The position numbers were made by a program, and so were the translations under genes. Positions 42,121 through 51,429 of a stretch of 54,607 nt of DNA are shown piece after piece (the stretch's first letter is position 1; each line of letters starts with the position of its first letter). This DNA comes from Acutalibacteraceae bacterium. GTDB taxonomy: Bacteria > Bacillota > Clostridia > Oscillospirales > Acutalibacteraceae. A model generated the notes under the pieces. It did not search any database and was not told where the DNA came from. It saw only the letters and a list, made by a program, of their open reading frames with translations. The stretch lies in the NCBI GenBank assembly GCA_045588425.1, contig JAZNED010000120.1:1-54607 (forward strand), in the 5' to 3' direction.

Positions 42121-43200
42121 TTACAGAATGATGAGGTTTTTGGGAGAGGCGGTGAGGTTGATACTGCCATTCTCGGTGACACACACCATATCCTCAATGC
42201 GAACACCGAACTTATTCTCCAGATAGATGCCCGGCTCCACGGTCATCACCGTGCCGGGACGAAGGACGGTGGCGCAGTTGGGGCTGAAAGCGGGGCTTTC
42301 GTGGATCTCCACGCCCACGCTGTGACCCAGACCGTGACCGAAGCAGCCCTCGTAGCCGGCGGCGTTGATGATGTCGCGGGCGATCTTGTCGATATCCTGA
42401 CACACCGCACCGGCGCGGATGGCCTTTTCCGATTCTAACTGGGCTTTCAGCACCGTGTCGTAGACCAAACGCATCTCGTCGGTGGCAGAGCCAACGGCGA
42501 TGGTACGGGTCATATCGGAATGATAGCCGCCCACCACGGCGCCGAAATCCATGGTGATAAAGTCGCCTGCCTCCACCAGCTTGTCGGTGGGCTCACCATG
42601 AGGCAGAGAGGAGTTTTTACCCGACACGACGATGAAATCGAAGGACACGCCTTCACTGCCCATGCGACGCATAAAGAACTCCATATCCAGCATAATCTCC
42701 CGCTCGGAACGACCGGGGGCGATGTGACCCAGAATATAGGAGAAGGTCTCGTCGGTCATACGCTGAGCCTCCCGAATGAGGGACAGCTCCTTTTCGTTCT
42801 TGACGGTGCGCATCTCTTCAATCATGCGGTCAAAGCGGTCGCTGTCCGACACGGTAAGGTCGGGCAGAGCGGCACGGATCGCCGCCAAACGGCTGACGGA
42901 AATGACGTCTGCCTCCACGAACAGCTCCGTAATACCATGGGCGGCACAGATCTCCCCCACCTCGGCAAACAGCCGCTTACACAGCTGGACACGGCAACCG
43001 GTCACGGTGGCGGCGGCACGCTCGTAATAGCGGAAGTCGATGAGAAACACCGTCTCATCGGGGGTAAACAGCACCGAGCCGGCGCTGGAATGAAAACCGG
43101 TGAAATAGTAACGGTGGGTATCCCCCGTCACCAGCAGAGCCTGACCCGGCTCCAAGGCGGACTGAATCCGTTCTACACGCTCTTTAAACATAGCTAACAC
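42121..43200 (-). CDS. M24 family Xaa-Pro aminopeptidase/dipeptidase
   Basis: It has a creatinase-like N-domain and pita-bread metal ligands (..DFGAVVGGYHSDMTRT.. and ..HGLGHSVGVEIHE.. and ..EPGIY..). Confidence 0.85.
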   Translation of the reverse strand: MLAMFKERVERIQSALEPGQALLVTGDTHRYYFTGFHSSAGSVLFTPDETVFLIDFRYYERAAATVTGCRVQLCKRLFAEVGEICAAHGITELFVEADVISVSRLAAIRAALPDLTVSDSDRFDRMIEEMRTVKNEKELSLIREAQRMTDETFSYILGHIAPGRSEREIMLDMEFFMRRMGSEGVSFDFIVVSGKNSSLPHGEPTDKLVEAGDFITMDFGAVVGGYHSDMTRTIAVGSATDEMRLVYDTVLKAQLESEKAIRAGAVCQDIDKIARDIINAAGYEGCFGHGLGHSVGVEIHESPAFSPNCATVLRPGTVMTVEPGIYLENKFGVRIEDMVCVTENGSINLTASPKNLIIL

Positions 43201-43204
43201 TCCT

Positions 43205-44611
43205 TTAGAGTTCTTTTAAGACGTCGCACAAATGGGCGTACACCCGGGCGGCGGAGGCAACGGACAGCCGCTCACGATAGGTGTGAACGTCCCACATATT
43301 CGGACCCACAGACACAGCGTCCAGACCGGGGATCTTTTCGCAGAAAAGACCGCACTCCAAACCTGCGTGGATGGCCGCCACGGTGGGCTTTTCGCCATAT
43401 TTCTGCTCCCACACGGCGCACATCACGTCACGCAGGCGGGAATCCTTACGATACTCCCACGCAGGATAATGACCGTAGGAATCATAACCACCGCCCAATG
43501 CGGTGATTTGGCTCTCCAGTTTTGCCAGCAGGGCGATTTTCTCAGCACCCACGCTACTGCGCACCGCAAAGGAGGCACGCAGGGTGCCACGGTCGGTGGT
43601 GAGGATACCCAGATTAAGAGAGGTCTGCACCAAGCCGTCAATGTCGGCGCTCATAGCCTGAATGCCGTTGGGAACGGTGGTGAGCAGCTCCAGCACCTGT
43701 GCGGTGGTATCGGCGGTCATCGCCGTATCCGCGGTGGCAGGGGTGACGGAAATCGTTAGGTTAGGGTCGCCCGCTACGCGGTGGGCGATGGCAAAGGCAG
43801 CAGCGGCGGCGGTAGGATCGGTATCGCAGGTAATCACCGCCTGACAGGATACGGGAATGGCGTTATCCTTGAGACCGCCGGCGATGGTGACAAGGCGGCA
43901 ATCCAAGGAATTGAGGAACTGCGCCATCACCACGTTGGCGTTGAGGCGTCCCTTGTCAATCTCAATGCCGGAGTGACCGCCCTGCAGACCACTCACCTCC
44001 ACCTGCCAGCAAGGGGCGGTGTTGGGAGCGTAGGTCAGCGGCAAAGTCAGCTCAGCACGAGCGCCACCGGCACAGCTGACGGTGAGGACGCCCTCCTCTT
44101 CGCTGTCAATGTTGATGAGTAGTTTACCCTCGAGGTAAGCCGGGTCAAAACCCTCGGCGCCGTACATACCTGTTTCCTCGTCTACGGTGAGCAATACCTC
44201 CAAGGGAGGATGGGCAAGATCGGTAGACTCCAGAATGGCGAAAGCCATCGCCACGGCGATGCCATTATCACCACCTAAGGTGGTGCCATGGGCAAAAACC
44301 AGCTCGCCATCAGTGTCCACGTCCAGACCATCGGTGGCAAAGTCAATGGGGCTATCGGGAACTTTTTCACACACCATATCGATGTGCCCCTGCAGAATCA
44401 CCGCAGGATGATCCTCATAGCCTGCGGTGGCAGGCTTTTTGATGATGACGTTGCCGAGAGCGTCCTGGTGATAGGTCAGGTTGTGTGCCTTGGCAAAAGC
44501 CACGCAATAATCGCTGATGCGGGCGGTATCCCCCGATCCGTGGGGAATGCCGCAGATCTCTTCAAAATAGTGAAAAACCCGTGCGGGTTGCAGATGGGAC
44601 AGTTTGCCCAT
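43205..44611 (-). CDS. pepD: Aminoacyl-histidine dipeptidase PepD (M20 family)
   Basis: It contains PARVFHYFEEICGIPHGSG and ..LQGHIDMVCEK.. and ..TLGGDNGIAVA... The ATG at 44611 follows GAGGTGA. Confidence 0.85.
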   Translation of the reverse strand: MGKLSHLQPARVFHYFEEICGIPHGSGDTARISDYCVAFAKAHNLTYHQDALGNVIIKKPATAGYEDHPAVILQGHIDMVCEKVPDSPIDFATDGLDVDTDGELVFAHGTTLGGDNGIAVAMAFAILESTDLAHPPLEVLLTVDEETGMYGAEGFDPAYLEGKLLINIDSEEEGVLTVSCAGGARAELTLPLTYAPNTAPCWQVEVSGLQGGHSGIEIDKGRLNANVVMAQFLNSLDCRLVTIAGGLKDNAIPVSCQAVITCDTDPTAAAAAFAIAHRVAGDPNLTISVTPATADTAMTADTTAQVLELLTTVPNGIQAMSADIDGLVQTSLNLGILTTDRGTLRASFAVRSSVGAEKIALLAKLESQITALGGGYDSYGHYPAWEYRKDSRLRDVMCAVWEQKYGEKPTVAAIHAGLECGLFCEKIPGLDAVSVGPNMWDVHTYRERLSVASAARVYAHLCDVLKEL

Positions 44612-44675
44612 AAGGGTCACCTCGTGTGTGGATTGGAATAAAGTAATCATAACACAAAAAGAAAACAATGGCAAT

Positions 44676-44812
44676 AGTTTGAAAAAACAATCCCTCCGTC
44701 ATTTGCTACGCAAATGCCACCGCCCTTTACACAAGGGAGGCTTGAAACACCTCATCCACCGCCGTACGGCGGTCCCCCTTCCCCTCAAGGGGAAGGCTCA
44801 ATCGGTTTGTGC
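44676..44812. repeat. Multi-hairpin intergenic element containing copy 2 (44747-44797) of the 51-nt double-hairpin repeat
   Basis: It contains catttgc-tac-gcaaatg, the pairing ccctcc..gggagg, accgcc-gtac-ggcggt and ccttcccc-tcaa-ggggaagg. Confidence 0.75.
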
Positions 44813-44821
44813 GGACTTTAA

Positions 44822-44860
44822 AACAAAAAAACACCCCTGAAACGGGACGTTTCAGGGGTG
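44822..44860 (-). terminator. Terminator of the paaK-ACT unit
   Basis: The minus strand reads cacccctgaaacg-tcc-cgtttcaggggtg followed by ttttttt. Confidence 0.75.
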
Positions 44861-44905
44861 AAGGCGTTAAGCTTTACAGATCATAATCCGTTGATACGAC
44901 TGGGT

Positions 44906-45334
44906 TTACAGCTTTTCTAAGTCGGCGTCGGTGATGAGGTGGAAACCATTCTCCTCCAGCGCCTTTTCAGCGGCGGCGTTGTCGGTGGGACGGAGCACCA
45001 CGTAGGCATGGCGCTCGGTACGGGCCATAAAGGCGTACAAGTACTCCACGTTGACCCCGGCCTCTGCCAAGACGGACAGCGCCTTGGACAGTTTGCCGGG
45101 CTGGTCGCCGATCTTGACACCAATGACCTCGGTAACCTTCAAAATATAACCTTTCTCCTGCAGAGCGGCAGAAGCGGTATCGTTATCGTTGACAATCAGA
45201 CGGAGAAGACCAAAATCCTGGGTGTCGGCGATGGACAGTGCGCGCAAATTCACGCCGTTGGTTGCCAAAGTGTCGGTGATATCTACCAAGGTGCCCTGCT
45301 TATTCTCTACGAATACGGTTAACTGTTTCAACAT
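44906..45334 (-). CDS. ACT domain-containing protein (tandem ACT, PaaK-associated)
   Basis: It has two ACT-like modules (LTVFVENKQGTLVDITDTLA.. and IGVKIGDQPGKLSKALSVLA..). The ATG at 45334 follows AGGGGAGA. Confidence 0.75.
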   Translation of the reverse strand: MLKQLTVFVENKQGTLVDITDTLATNGVNLRALSIADTQDFGLLRLIVNDNDTASAALQEKGYILKVTEVIGVKIGDQPGKLSKALSVLAEAGVNVEYLYAFMARTERHAYVVLRPTDNAAAEKALEENGFHLITDADLEKL

Positions 45335-45350
45335 AATCGTTCTCCCCTTA

Positions 45351-45624
45351 GGGTAGAGCAACCAATCCGCATTCCGTTTTAGAAAGAGGGATTTTTTACT
45401 CTACCTTCGTTAAAATACTCGCGAATACATCGTATTCGCTGTGTTTTGTGCCTTGTTAGAACAAAAATCCCTTTCTTTCTAAAATCTTCGACTTCAAAGC
45501 GAGGAGATTTTGAGAGATTTTTATTCTATTTCGGCGAAGCAAGGCTGACGCCTTGCAAGATGAAATGGATGAAAAGCGCCAAAATCCACCGCTTTGAGGC
45601 GGATTCAGATTGGTTGCTCTACCC
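45351..45624. mobile_element. MITE-like 274-bp element with 17-bp perfect terminal inverted repeats and nested internal palindromes
   Basis: GGGTAGAGCAACCAATC (45351-45367) is the exact reverse complement of 45608-45624. The inner palindrome is ttttagaaagagggatttt..aaaatccctttctttctaaaa. The element has no coding capacity. Confidence 0.55.
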
Positions 45625-45625
45625 T

Positions 45626-46936
45626 TTAATCGTGCAACTTACGTTTATCAATGACGCGAACGGCCTTGCCCTCGCTGCGGACAATGCTCTTGGGTGCCAC
45701 CAAATGCACCTTGGGGTTGATACCCAGCATAATCTTCATCGCATTGGCCAGCGCACGCTCCTGCTCGGTGATGCCGCTGACGGTATCGGAGAACATCTCT
45801 GCGGTCATCTCCACGTTCACGTCGAAGGTGTCGGTATTGCCCACACGGTCTACCACAATCTGATAGTTAGGCTCATAGCCTTCCTTCAGCAGCACTGCCT
45901 CGATCTGGCTGGGGAACACGTTGACGCCGCGAATAATCATCATATCGTCGCTACGACCCATGGGCTTGGCCATCTTGATGAGGGTACGGCCGCAGGAACA
46001 CTTCTTGCGGCTGAGCACGCAGATGTCGCGGGTGCGGTAGCGGAGCAGTGGGAACGCCTCTTTATCCAAAGAGGTGAACACCAATTCGCCCTTGCTGCCC
46101 TCCGGCAACACCTCGCCGGTGTCGGGGTCGATGATCTCGGCGAGGAAGTGATCTTCGTTAATATGCATGCCGGTCTGCTCACAGCACTCGAATGCCACAC
46201 CGGGACCGGAAGTCTCGGTCAGGCCGTAAATATCGTAAGCCTTGATACCCAGCGCCTTTTCAATGCCGCGGCGCATCTCCTCCGTCCACGGCTCAGCGCC
46301 GAAGATACCTGCCTTAAGGGACAGCTGATCGGGAGTGATGCCCTGCTCCTTCAGAGATTCACCGATATAGGCGGCGTAAGAGGGAGTACAGCACAGAATG
46401 GTGGCGGAGAGATCCTGCATGAACTGAATCTGGCGCTCGGTATTGCCCGAGGACATAGGCAGGGTCAGGGAGCCCACCTTATGCGAGCCGCCGTGCATAC
46501 CGGCGCCGCCGGTGAACAGGCCGTAGCCGTAGGCCACCTGCACCACGTCCTCCTCGGTGCCGCCGGCGGCCACAATGGCGCGGGCACAGCAATCCTCCCA
46601 CAGATCCACGTCGTGCTGGGTGTAGAAAGCCACCACACGACGACCGGTGGTGCCGGAGGTAGACTGGATACGGACACAATCCTTGAGGGGTTTGCCCAGC
46701 AGGCCATAAGGATAGGCGTCGCGCAGGTCTGCCTTGGACAGGAAAGGCAGTTTGTGCAAATCCTCGATGCCATGGATGTCATCGGGGGTAACACCCTTCT
46801 CCTCCATCAGGTTGCGGTAGTAGGGAACGTTATCCCACACGTGGCGCACCTGCTTGACCAGCTTTTCAGACTGGAGAGCCTTCATTTCCTCTACGGGCAT
46901 GGTCTCGATTTCTTGTTGATAGTAGCGCTTTTCCAT
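45626..46936 (-). CDS. paaK: Phenylacetate--CoA ligase (PaaK family)
   Basis: The PaaK N-terminus (..MPVEEMKALQSEKLVKQVRHVWDNVPYYR..) is followed by the AMP-binding motif STSGTTGRRV. Confidence 0.9.
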   Translation of the reverse strand: MEKRYYQQEIETMPVEEMKALQSEKLVKQVRHVWDNVPYYRNLMEEKGVTPDDIHGIEDLHKLPFLSKADLRDAYPYGLLGKPLKDCVRIQSTSGTTGRRVVAFYTQHDVDLWEDCCARAIVAAGGTEEDVVQVAYGYGLFTGGAGMHGGSHKVGSLTLPMSSGNTERQIQFMQDLSATILCCTPSYAAYIGESLKEQGITPDQLSLKAGIFGAEPWTEEMRRGIEKALGIKAYDIYGLTETSGPGVAFECCEQTGMHINEDHFLAEIIDPDTGEVLPEGSKGELVFTSLDKEAFPLLRYRTRDICVLSRKKCSCGRTLIKMAKPMGRSDDMMIIRGVNVFPSQIEAVLLKEGYEPNYQIVVDRVGNTDTFDVNVEMTAEMFSDTVSGITEQERALANAMKIMLGINPKVHLVAPKSIVRSEGKAVRVIDKRKLHD

Positions 46937-46984
46937 TTGTCATTCGTCCTTTCTGCAAAAGAAATGTGGTGTTGCGAGATGCAG

Positions 46985-47262
46985 AAAACAAAAACGTCCT
47001 CTGCATTCCGCTGTCGGAATACAGAGGACGAGATAAATCCCGTGGTACCACCTCTATTTACCGCTATCTCACAATAACGGCCTCCGAGTGCAAACACACC
47101 CTACTCGATGTAACGGTCGAACCCGTTTGGCCTACACAGTCGCCCTTCAGCCAACGACTCACGGAATGAATTCACCGACTTTACACTGCCGCATCGCACC
47201 AACCGCGGCTCTCTGAGAGTGGACATGTTCGGTTACTGGTTTCCGCTCAAACGTCTTTATGT
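46985..47262 (-). promoter_or_regulatory. T-box riboswitch leader, candidate Phe (TTC) specifier, upstream of paaK
   Basis: The minus strand shows a stem I AGAGA box (CAGAGAGCCGCGGTTGGTGCGATGCGGC) and GAA-TTC-A at 47173-47167. It also shows the T-box sequence AATAGAGGTGGTACCACGGG (47038-47057). The terminator cgtcctctgtattccg-acag-cggaatgcagaggacg plus TTTTT occupies 46990-47030. Confidence 0.8.
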
Positions 47263-47267
47263 GTTGT

Positions 47268-47296
47268 ATTGTAGCACCATCATTGGGGGTTGTCAA
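47268..47296 (-). promoter_or_regulatory. Promoter of the paaK T-box leader
   Basis: The minus strand reads TTGACA-17 nt-TACAAT, 17 nt downstream of the iorB stop. Confidence 0.65.
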
Positions 47297-47312
47297 TAGG
47301 TTTTTCGCAATT

Positions 47313-47885
47313 TTACGCGTTAAAGCCCAAATTGAATGCCACCTTATTCATCTCCACGAATTTGGGTGCCACCGTATTCTCGATGGCGGCAATCCAGCGC
47401 TCGTAGGGGATGTCGAAATACTTGGCCGCGCGACCCATCAGCACGATGTTCACCGCCTTAGAGGAGCCTGCCTGCTGTGCCAGCGACAGGGCATCCAGTG
47501 CATCCACCGAGAGACCCTTGGCGGTCAGCTCATCCAGCACGCCCGCAGGATACTCGGCGGCGCCGATGATGACCGGCATAGGATCGATCTGCTGGGTGTT
47601 GACCACGATGCGACCATCCGTCTTCAGATATTTGGCATAGCGAGCTGCCTCCAGCTTTTCAAACGCAATGATGACGTCGGCCTCACCCTCGGTGACGATG
47701 GGCGAATACACCTTGTCGCCAAAACGGACGTAGGTAACCACCGAACCGCCGCGCTGGCTCATACCGTGTACCTCGCTGACCTTGACGTCGTAGCCCTCGT
47801 CCATCAGCAGACGACCGAGGAGTTTGGAGGCCAGCAGACTACCCTGACCGCCGACACCGACGATCATAACACTTGTGGTTTTCAT
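47313..47885 (-). CDS. iorB: Indolepyruvate:ferredoxin oxidoreductase subunit beta
   Basis: It contains MIVGVGGQGSLLASKLLG..VKVSEVHGMSQRGGSV. The RBS is AAGGAGGT. Confidence 0.9.
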   Translation of the reverse strand: MKTTSVMIVGVGGQGSLLASKLLGRLLMDEGYDVKVSEVHGMSQRGGSVVTYVRFGDKVYSPIVTEGEADVIIAFEKLEAARYAKYLKTDGRIVVNTQQIDPMPVIIGAAEYPAGVLDELTAKGLSVDALDALSLAQQAGSSKAVNIVLMGRAAKYFDIPYERWIAAIENTVAPKFVEMNKVAFNLGFNA

Positions 47886-47899
47886 AGTCTTCTACCTCC

Positions 47900-49624
47900 T
47901 TATACGATAGCGTCAAAGGGACACAACTGCTGACACACGCCGCAACCGACGCACAGCGTAGCATCCACGCAAGCCTTACCGTCCTTCATGCTGATAGCGG
48001 GACAGCCAAGGGTCATACAGCGCTTGCAGGACTTGCACTTGTCGGCATCTACGGTGAGAGCAGGCAGTGCCTTAACGGATTTCAGCAACACGCAAGGACG
48101 GCGGGAGATGATGACAGAAGGCTCCTCTGCCGCCAGCTCTTCCTTAATCACGGTGTCGCACTCTTTCAGGTTATAGGGATCCACCACACGGACGCGATTG
48201 ATGCCCAGCGCACGACACAGCGCCTCCAAATCCACCTTGGCGGCGGGATCGCCCTTGATATTGTAGCCGGTGGTGGGATTCTGCTGGTGACCGGTCATGC
48301 CGGTGATGGAGTTATCCAAGATAATCACGGTGGAGTTGGTGGCGTTGTAGGCCACATTGACCAAGCCGGTCATACCCGAATGCATAAAGGTGGAATCGCC
48401 AATGACGGCGACGGATTTGCCCTCCGCCTCCGCACCGCGAGCCAAATTGAAACCGTGCAAGCCGGACACGGAAGCGCCCATACACAGGGTGGAATCCAGC
48501 GCATTCAGAGGAGGCACAGCACCCAGGGTGTAGCAACCGATATCGCCCAAAGCGGTGATCTTGTTCTTTGCCAGGGTGTAGAACAGACCGCGGTGGGGGC
48601 AACCGGCGCACATCATAGGCGGACGGTTGGGGATAACGGAATCGGCCGACACAGAGGCGTTTGCCTCCTTGCCAAAGGCGGCGGCGATGGTCTGCTGGGA
48701 GAACTCACCCAAGAGGGAGAACATCTCCTTGCCCACCACGTCAATGCCGAGAGAGCGCACGTGGGTCTCAATAATGGGATCCAGCTCCTCAATGACGTAC
48801 AGTTTCTTCACCTTAGCAGCAAAGTCACGAATCAGCTTGGTGGGCAGCGGATAAGGCATACCGATCTTCAGCACCGAAACGGTGTCGCCCAACGCCTCTT
48901 TGACATATAAGTAAGAACAGCCGGAGGTGATGATGCCGATCTCGTCGGAATGCATCTCCACGGTGTTAAACACACAATCCTCCGCCAGTGCACGCAGAGC
49001 GTCGGTGCGCTGCTCCACCACAGGGTGGCGGCGAATGGCGTTGGCAGGCATCATAATGTACTTCTGGGGGTTCTTTACATACTCCTTGATCGGAGCGGCG
49101 TCTCTCTCCCCCATCTCCACCACAGACTGGCTGTGGGCGATGCGGGTGCAGGTGCGCAACAAAACGGGAGTATCGTATTCCTCGGACAACTTAAAAGCGG
49201 CCTTGGCAAAGGTGTAAGCCTCCTGGGAATCGGCAGGCTCCAGCATCGGCACCTTGGCCGCCATAGCGTAGTGGCGGCTGTCCTGCTCATTCTGAGAGGA
49301 GTGCATAGCGGGATCGTCCGCCACGCAGATGACCATACCGCCGCCCACACCCGTATAGGACAAGGTGAACAGCGGGTCGGCGGCCACGTTGAGGCCTACG
49401 TGCTTCATAGCGCAGGCGGAGCGAGCGCCGGCCAAAGAGGCACCGAACGCCACCTCGCAGGCCACCTTTTCATTGGGTGCCCACTCGCTGTGGATGTCGT
49501 CGTATTTAGCCAAAAACTCGGTAATCTCGGTGGAGGGGGTGCCGGGATAGCTGGATACCACCTGCAGGCCGCCGTCGTACAGACCTGCGGCCACCGCCTG
49601 ATTGCCGATCATTAACTTCTTCAT
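47900..49624 (-). CDS. iorA: Indolepyruvate:ferredoxin oxidoreductase subunit alpha
   Basis: It has a TPP-binding region (GDSTFMHSG) and a C-terminal 2x[4Fe-4S] motif (CKSCKRC..C and CVGCGVCQQLCP). Confidence 0.9.
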   Translation of the reverse strand: MKKLMIGNQAVAAGLYDGGLQVVSSYPGTPSTEITEFLAKYDDIHSEWAPNEKVACEVAFGASLAGARSACAMKHVGLNVAADPLFTLSYTGVGGGMVICVADDPAMHSSQNEQDSRHYAMAAKVPMLEPADSQEAYTFAKAAFKLSEEYDTPVLLRTCTRIAHSQSVVEMGERDAAPIKEYVKNPQKYIMMPANAIRRHPVVEQRTDALRALAEDCVFNTVEMHSDEIGIITSGCSYLYVKEALGDTVSVLKIGMPYPLPTKLIRDFAAKVKKLYVIEELDPIIETHVRSLGIDVVGKEMFSLLGEFSQQTIAAAFGKEANASVSADSVIPNRPPMMCAGCPHRGLFYTLAKNKITALGDIGCYTLGAVPPLNALDSTLCMGASVSGLHGFNLARGAEAEGKSVAVIGDSTFMHSGMTGLVNVAYNATNSTVIILDNSITGMTGHQQNPTTGYNIKGDPAAKVDLEALCRALGINRVRVVDPYNLKECDTVIKEELAAEEPSVIISRRPCVLLKSVKALPALTVDADKCKSCKRCMTLGCPAISMKDGKACVDATLCVGCGVCQQLCPFDAIV

Positions 49625-49642
49625 ACTTACTATACCTTCCTT

Positions 49643-51280
49643 TTATGCGTTGTTCTGCATAGCCACCAGGCCCTCGCCGCCATACAGCTTGCGCAGTTTG
49701 GGCTTTTCAATCTTACCGGTGGGGTTGCGGGGAACATCCGCAAAGATAATCTTACGAGGACGCTTGTAACGAGGCAGGTCGAGGCAGAACTCCTCAATCT
49801 CCGCTTCGGTGCAGGTCATACCTGCCTTCACCTCGATGATGGCGGTGGCGATCTCGCCCAAGCGGGAATCCGGCAAGCCGATAACCGCCACATCCTTGAT
49901 CTTGCTGTGGGCGGCCAAGAAATTCTCAATCTGGACGGGATAGAGATTCTCACCGCCGGTGATGATGACGTCCTTCTTGCGGTCCACCAGATAGATAAAG
50001 CCGTCGGGATCCTGCATAGCCATATCGCCGGTGTACAGCCAACCATCGCGCAGGGTATCAGCGGTGGCGGCAGGGTCACGATAGTAGCACACCATCACGC
50101 CGGGGCCACGCAAACAGAGTTCGCCCACGGCGCCCTGCTCCACTTCCCTGCCCTCGGGGTCCACAATCTTGACCTCCCAGCCATAGCCGGGAACGCCGAT
50201 GGCACCTACCTTATGGACGTTCTCCACCCCCAAATGCACCGCACCGGGACCGATGGACTCCGAAAGACCATAGTTAGTATCATACTGCTGATCGGGGAAA
50301 TAGTCAAGCCATCTTTTAATAAGACTTTGCGGCACAGGCTGGGCACCAATGTGCATCAAACGCCACTGCTTCAAATCAAACTCGTCGAGGGAGATTTCAC
50401 CGCTGTCCAGGGCGTTGAGAATCTCCTGCGCCCACGGCACCAACAGCCACACGATGGTACACTTTTCCTCGCTGGCGGCGGTGAGAATGTGGCGTGCCTT
50501 AGCACCCTTGAGAATGACCGCCTTAGAGCCGGCCAAGAGGCTACCGAACCAATGCATCTTGGCACCGGTGTGGTACAGCGGAGGAATGCAGAGGAAGCAA
50601 TCCTCACGGGTTTGGCCATGATGAGCCTGCTCCACGCGGCAGGAGTGAATCAGACTGCGGTGAGTATGGAGAATCGCCTTGGGGAAGCCGGTGGTGCCGG
50701 AGGAGAAGTAGATAGCCGCCTCGTCCTCCTCGGTGAGGGTACACTCGGGAAACATACCCGAACACTCGGAGATGAGGTCGTTGTAATCGTCCGCAAACAC
50801 AGGGCAACCGGCACCCATATAAATCAGGTGGCAGGAGCGGCTGATCTTATCCGCCACCGCCTCCACACGACCCACAAACTCGGTGCCGAAGATCAGCACG
50901 TCTGCCTGCGCCAGAGAAAGGCAATAATCAATCTCGTCGGAGGAGTAACGATAGTTCAGCGGTACCGCCAAAGCGCCTGCCTTTAATATACCAAAATAAA
51001 TAGGAAGCCAGTCGATGCAGTTCATCAACAGAATAGCTACCTTCTTTCCCTTGCCGACGCCGTTCTGCTGTAAGAGGTTAGCCAACCGATTGGCCTTTTC
51101 GTTAAAAACCTCCCAGGTAATCTCACGGCGATAGGAACGCGCACGAGGGGTGGACTCCACCAACTCAAACTCGTGCCAGGTAGCACGGCGGGTCTCCGGC
51201 TGTTCGGGATTCAGCTCCACCAAAGCCACATCGCGGGCAAACTCGCGGGCGTTTCTCTCTAACAGATGTACAATAGTCAT
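49643..51280 (-). CDS. AMP-binding acyl-CoA ligase (class I adenylate-forming enzyme)
   Basis: It has the AMP-binding motifs YFSSGTTGFPKA, YGLSE, TGD and the catalytic-Lys region PRNPTGKI. The ATG at 51280 follows GAGGAG. Confidence 0.85.
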   Translation of the reverse strand: MTIVHLLERNAREFARDVALVELNPEQPETRRATWHEFELVESTPRARSYRREITWEVFNEKANRLANLLQQNGVGKGKKVAILLMNCIDWLPIYFGILKAGALAVPLNYRYSSDEIDYCLSLAQADVLIFGTEFVGRVEAVADKISRSCHLIYMGAGCPVFADDYNDLISECSGMFPECTLTEEDEAAIYFSSGTTGFPKAILHTHRSLIHSCRVEQAHHGQTREDCFLCIPPLYHTGAKMHWFGSLLAGSKAVILKGAKARHILTAASEEKCTIVWLLVPWAQEILNALDSGEISLDEFDLKQWRLMHIGAQPVPQSLIKRWLDYFPDQQYDTNYGLSESIGPGAVHLGVENVHKVGAIGVPGYGWEVKIVDPEGREVEQGAVGELCLRGPGVMVCYYRDPAATADTLRDGWLYTGDMAMQDPDGFIYLVDRKKDVIITGGENLYPVQIENFLAAHSKIKDVAVIGLPDSRLGEIATAIIEVKAGMTCTEAEIEEFCLDLPRYKRPRKIIFADVPRNPTGKIEKPKLRKLYGGEGLVAMQNNA

Positions 51281-51310
51281 AGCACTACTCCTCACAAAAA
51301 GCATGTCTAT

Positions 51311-51339
51311 ACTTTATCACTTTAAAGCGCGATTGTCAA
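51311..51339 (-). promoter_or_regulatory. Promoter of the acyl-CoA ligase-iorAB operon carrying the CTTTAAAGTG core
   Basis: The minus strand reads TTGACA-atcgcg-CTTTAAAGTG-a-TAAAGT. Confidence 0.65.
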
Positions 51340-51400
51340 CCGTTTTTTGCCTATTTTTCGGGGGTTTTACGATTTTTTTGCAAAATTTTTCGAAAATCTA

Positions 51401-51429
51401 TTGACACATTTGCTTTAAAGTGATAAAGT
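51401..51429 (+). promoter_or_regulatory. Promoter of the Na:solute symporter carrying the CTTTAAAGTG core
   Basis: The sequence is TTGACA-catttg-CTTTAAAGTG-a-TAAAGT. A further perfect palindrome, GCTTTAAAGC, lies at 51447-51456. Confidence 0.65.

Noticed and set aside
51384-51398. A CodY box resemblance, AATTTTTCGAAAATC versus AATTTTCWGAAAATT.
   Set aside because: The central spacing differs: this is an even palindrome, TTTTCGAAAA, without the central W. There are several mismatches. It cannot be distinguished from an AT-rich UP-like element by eye.
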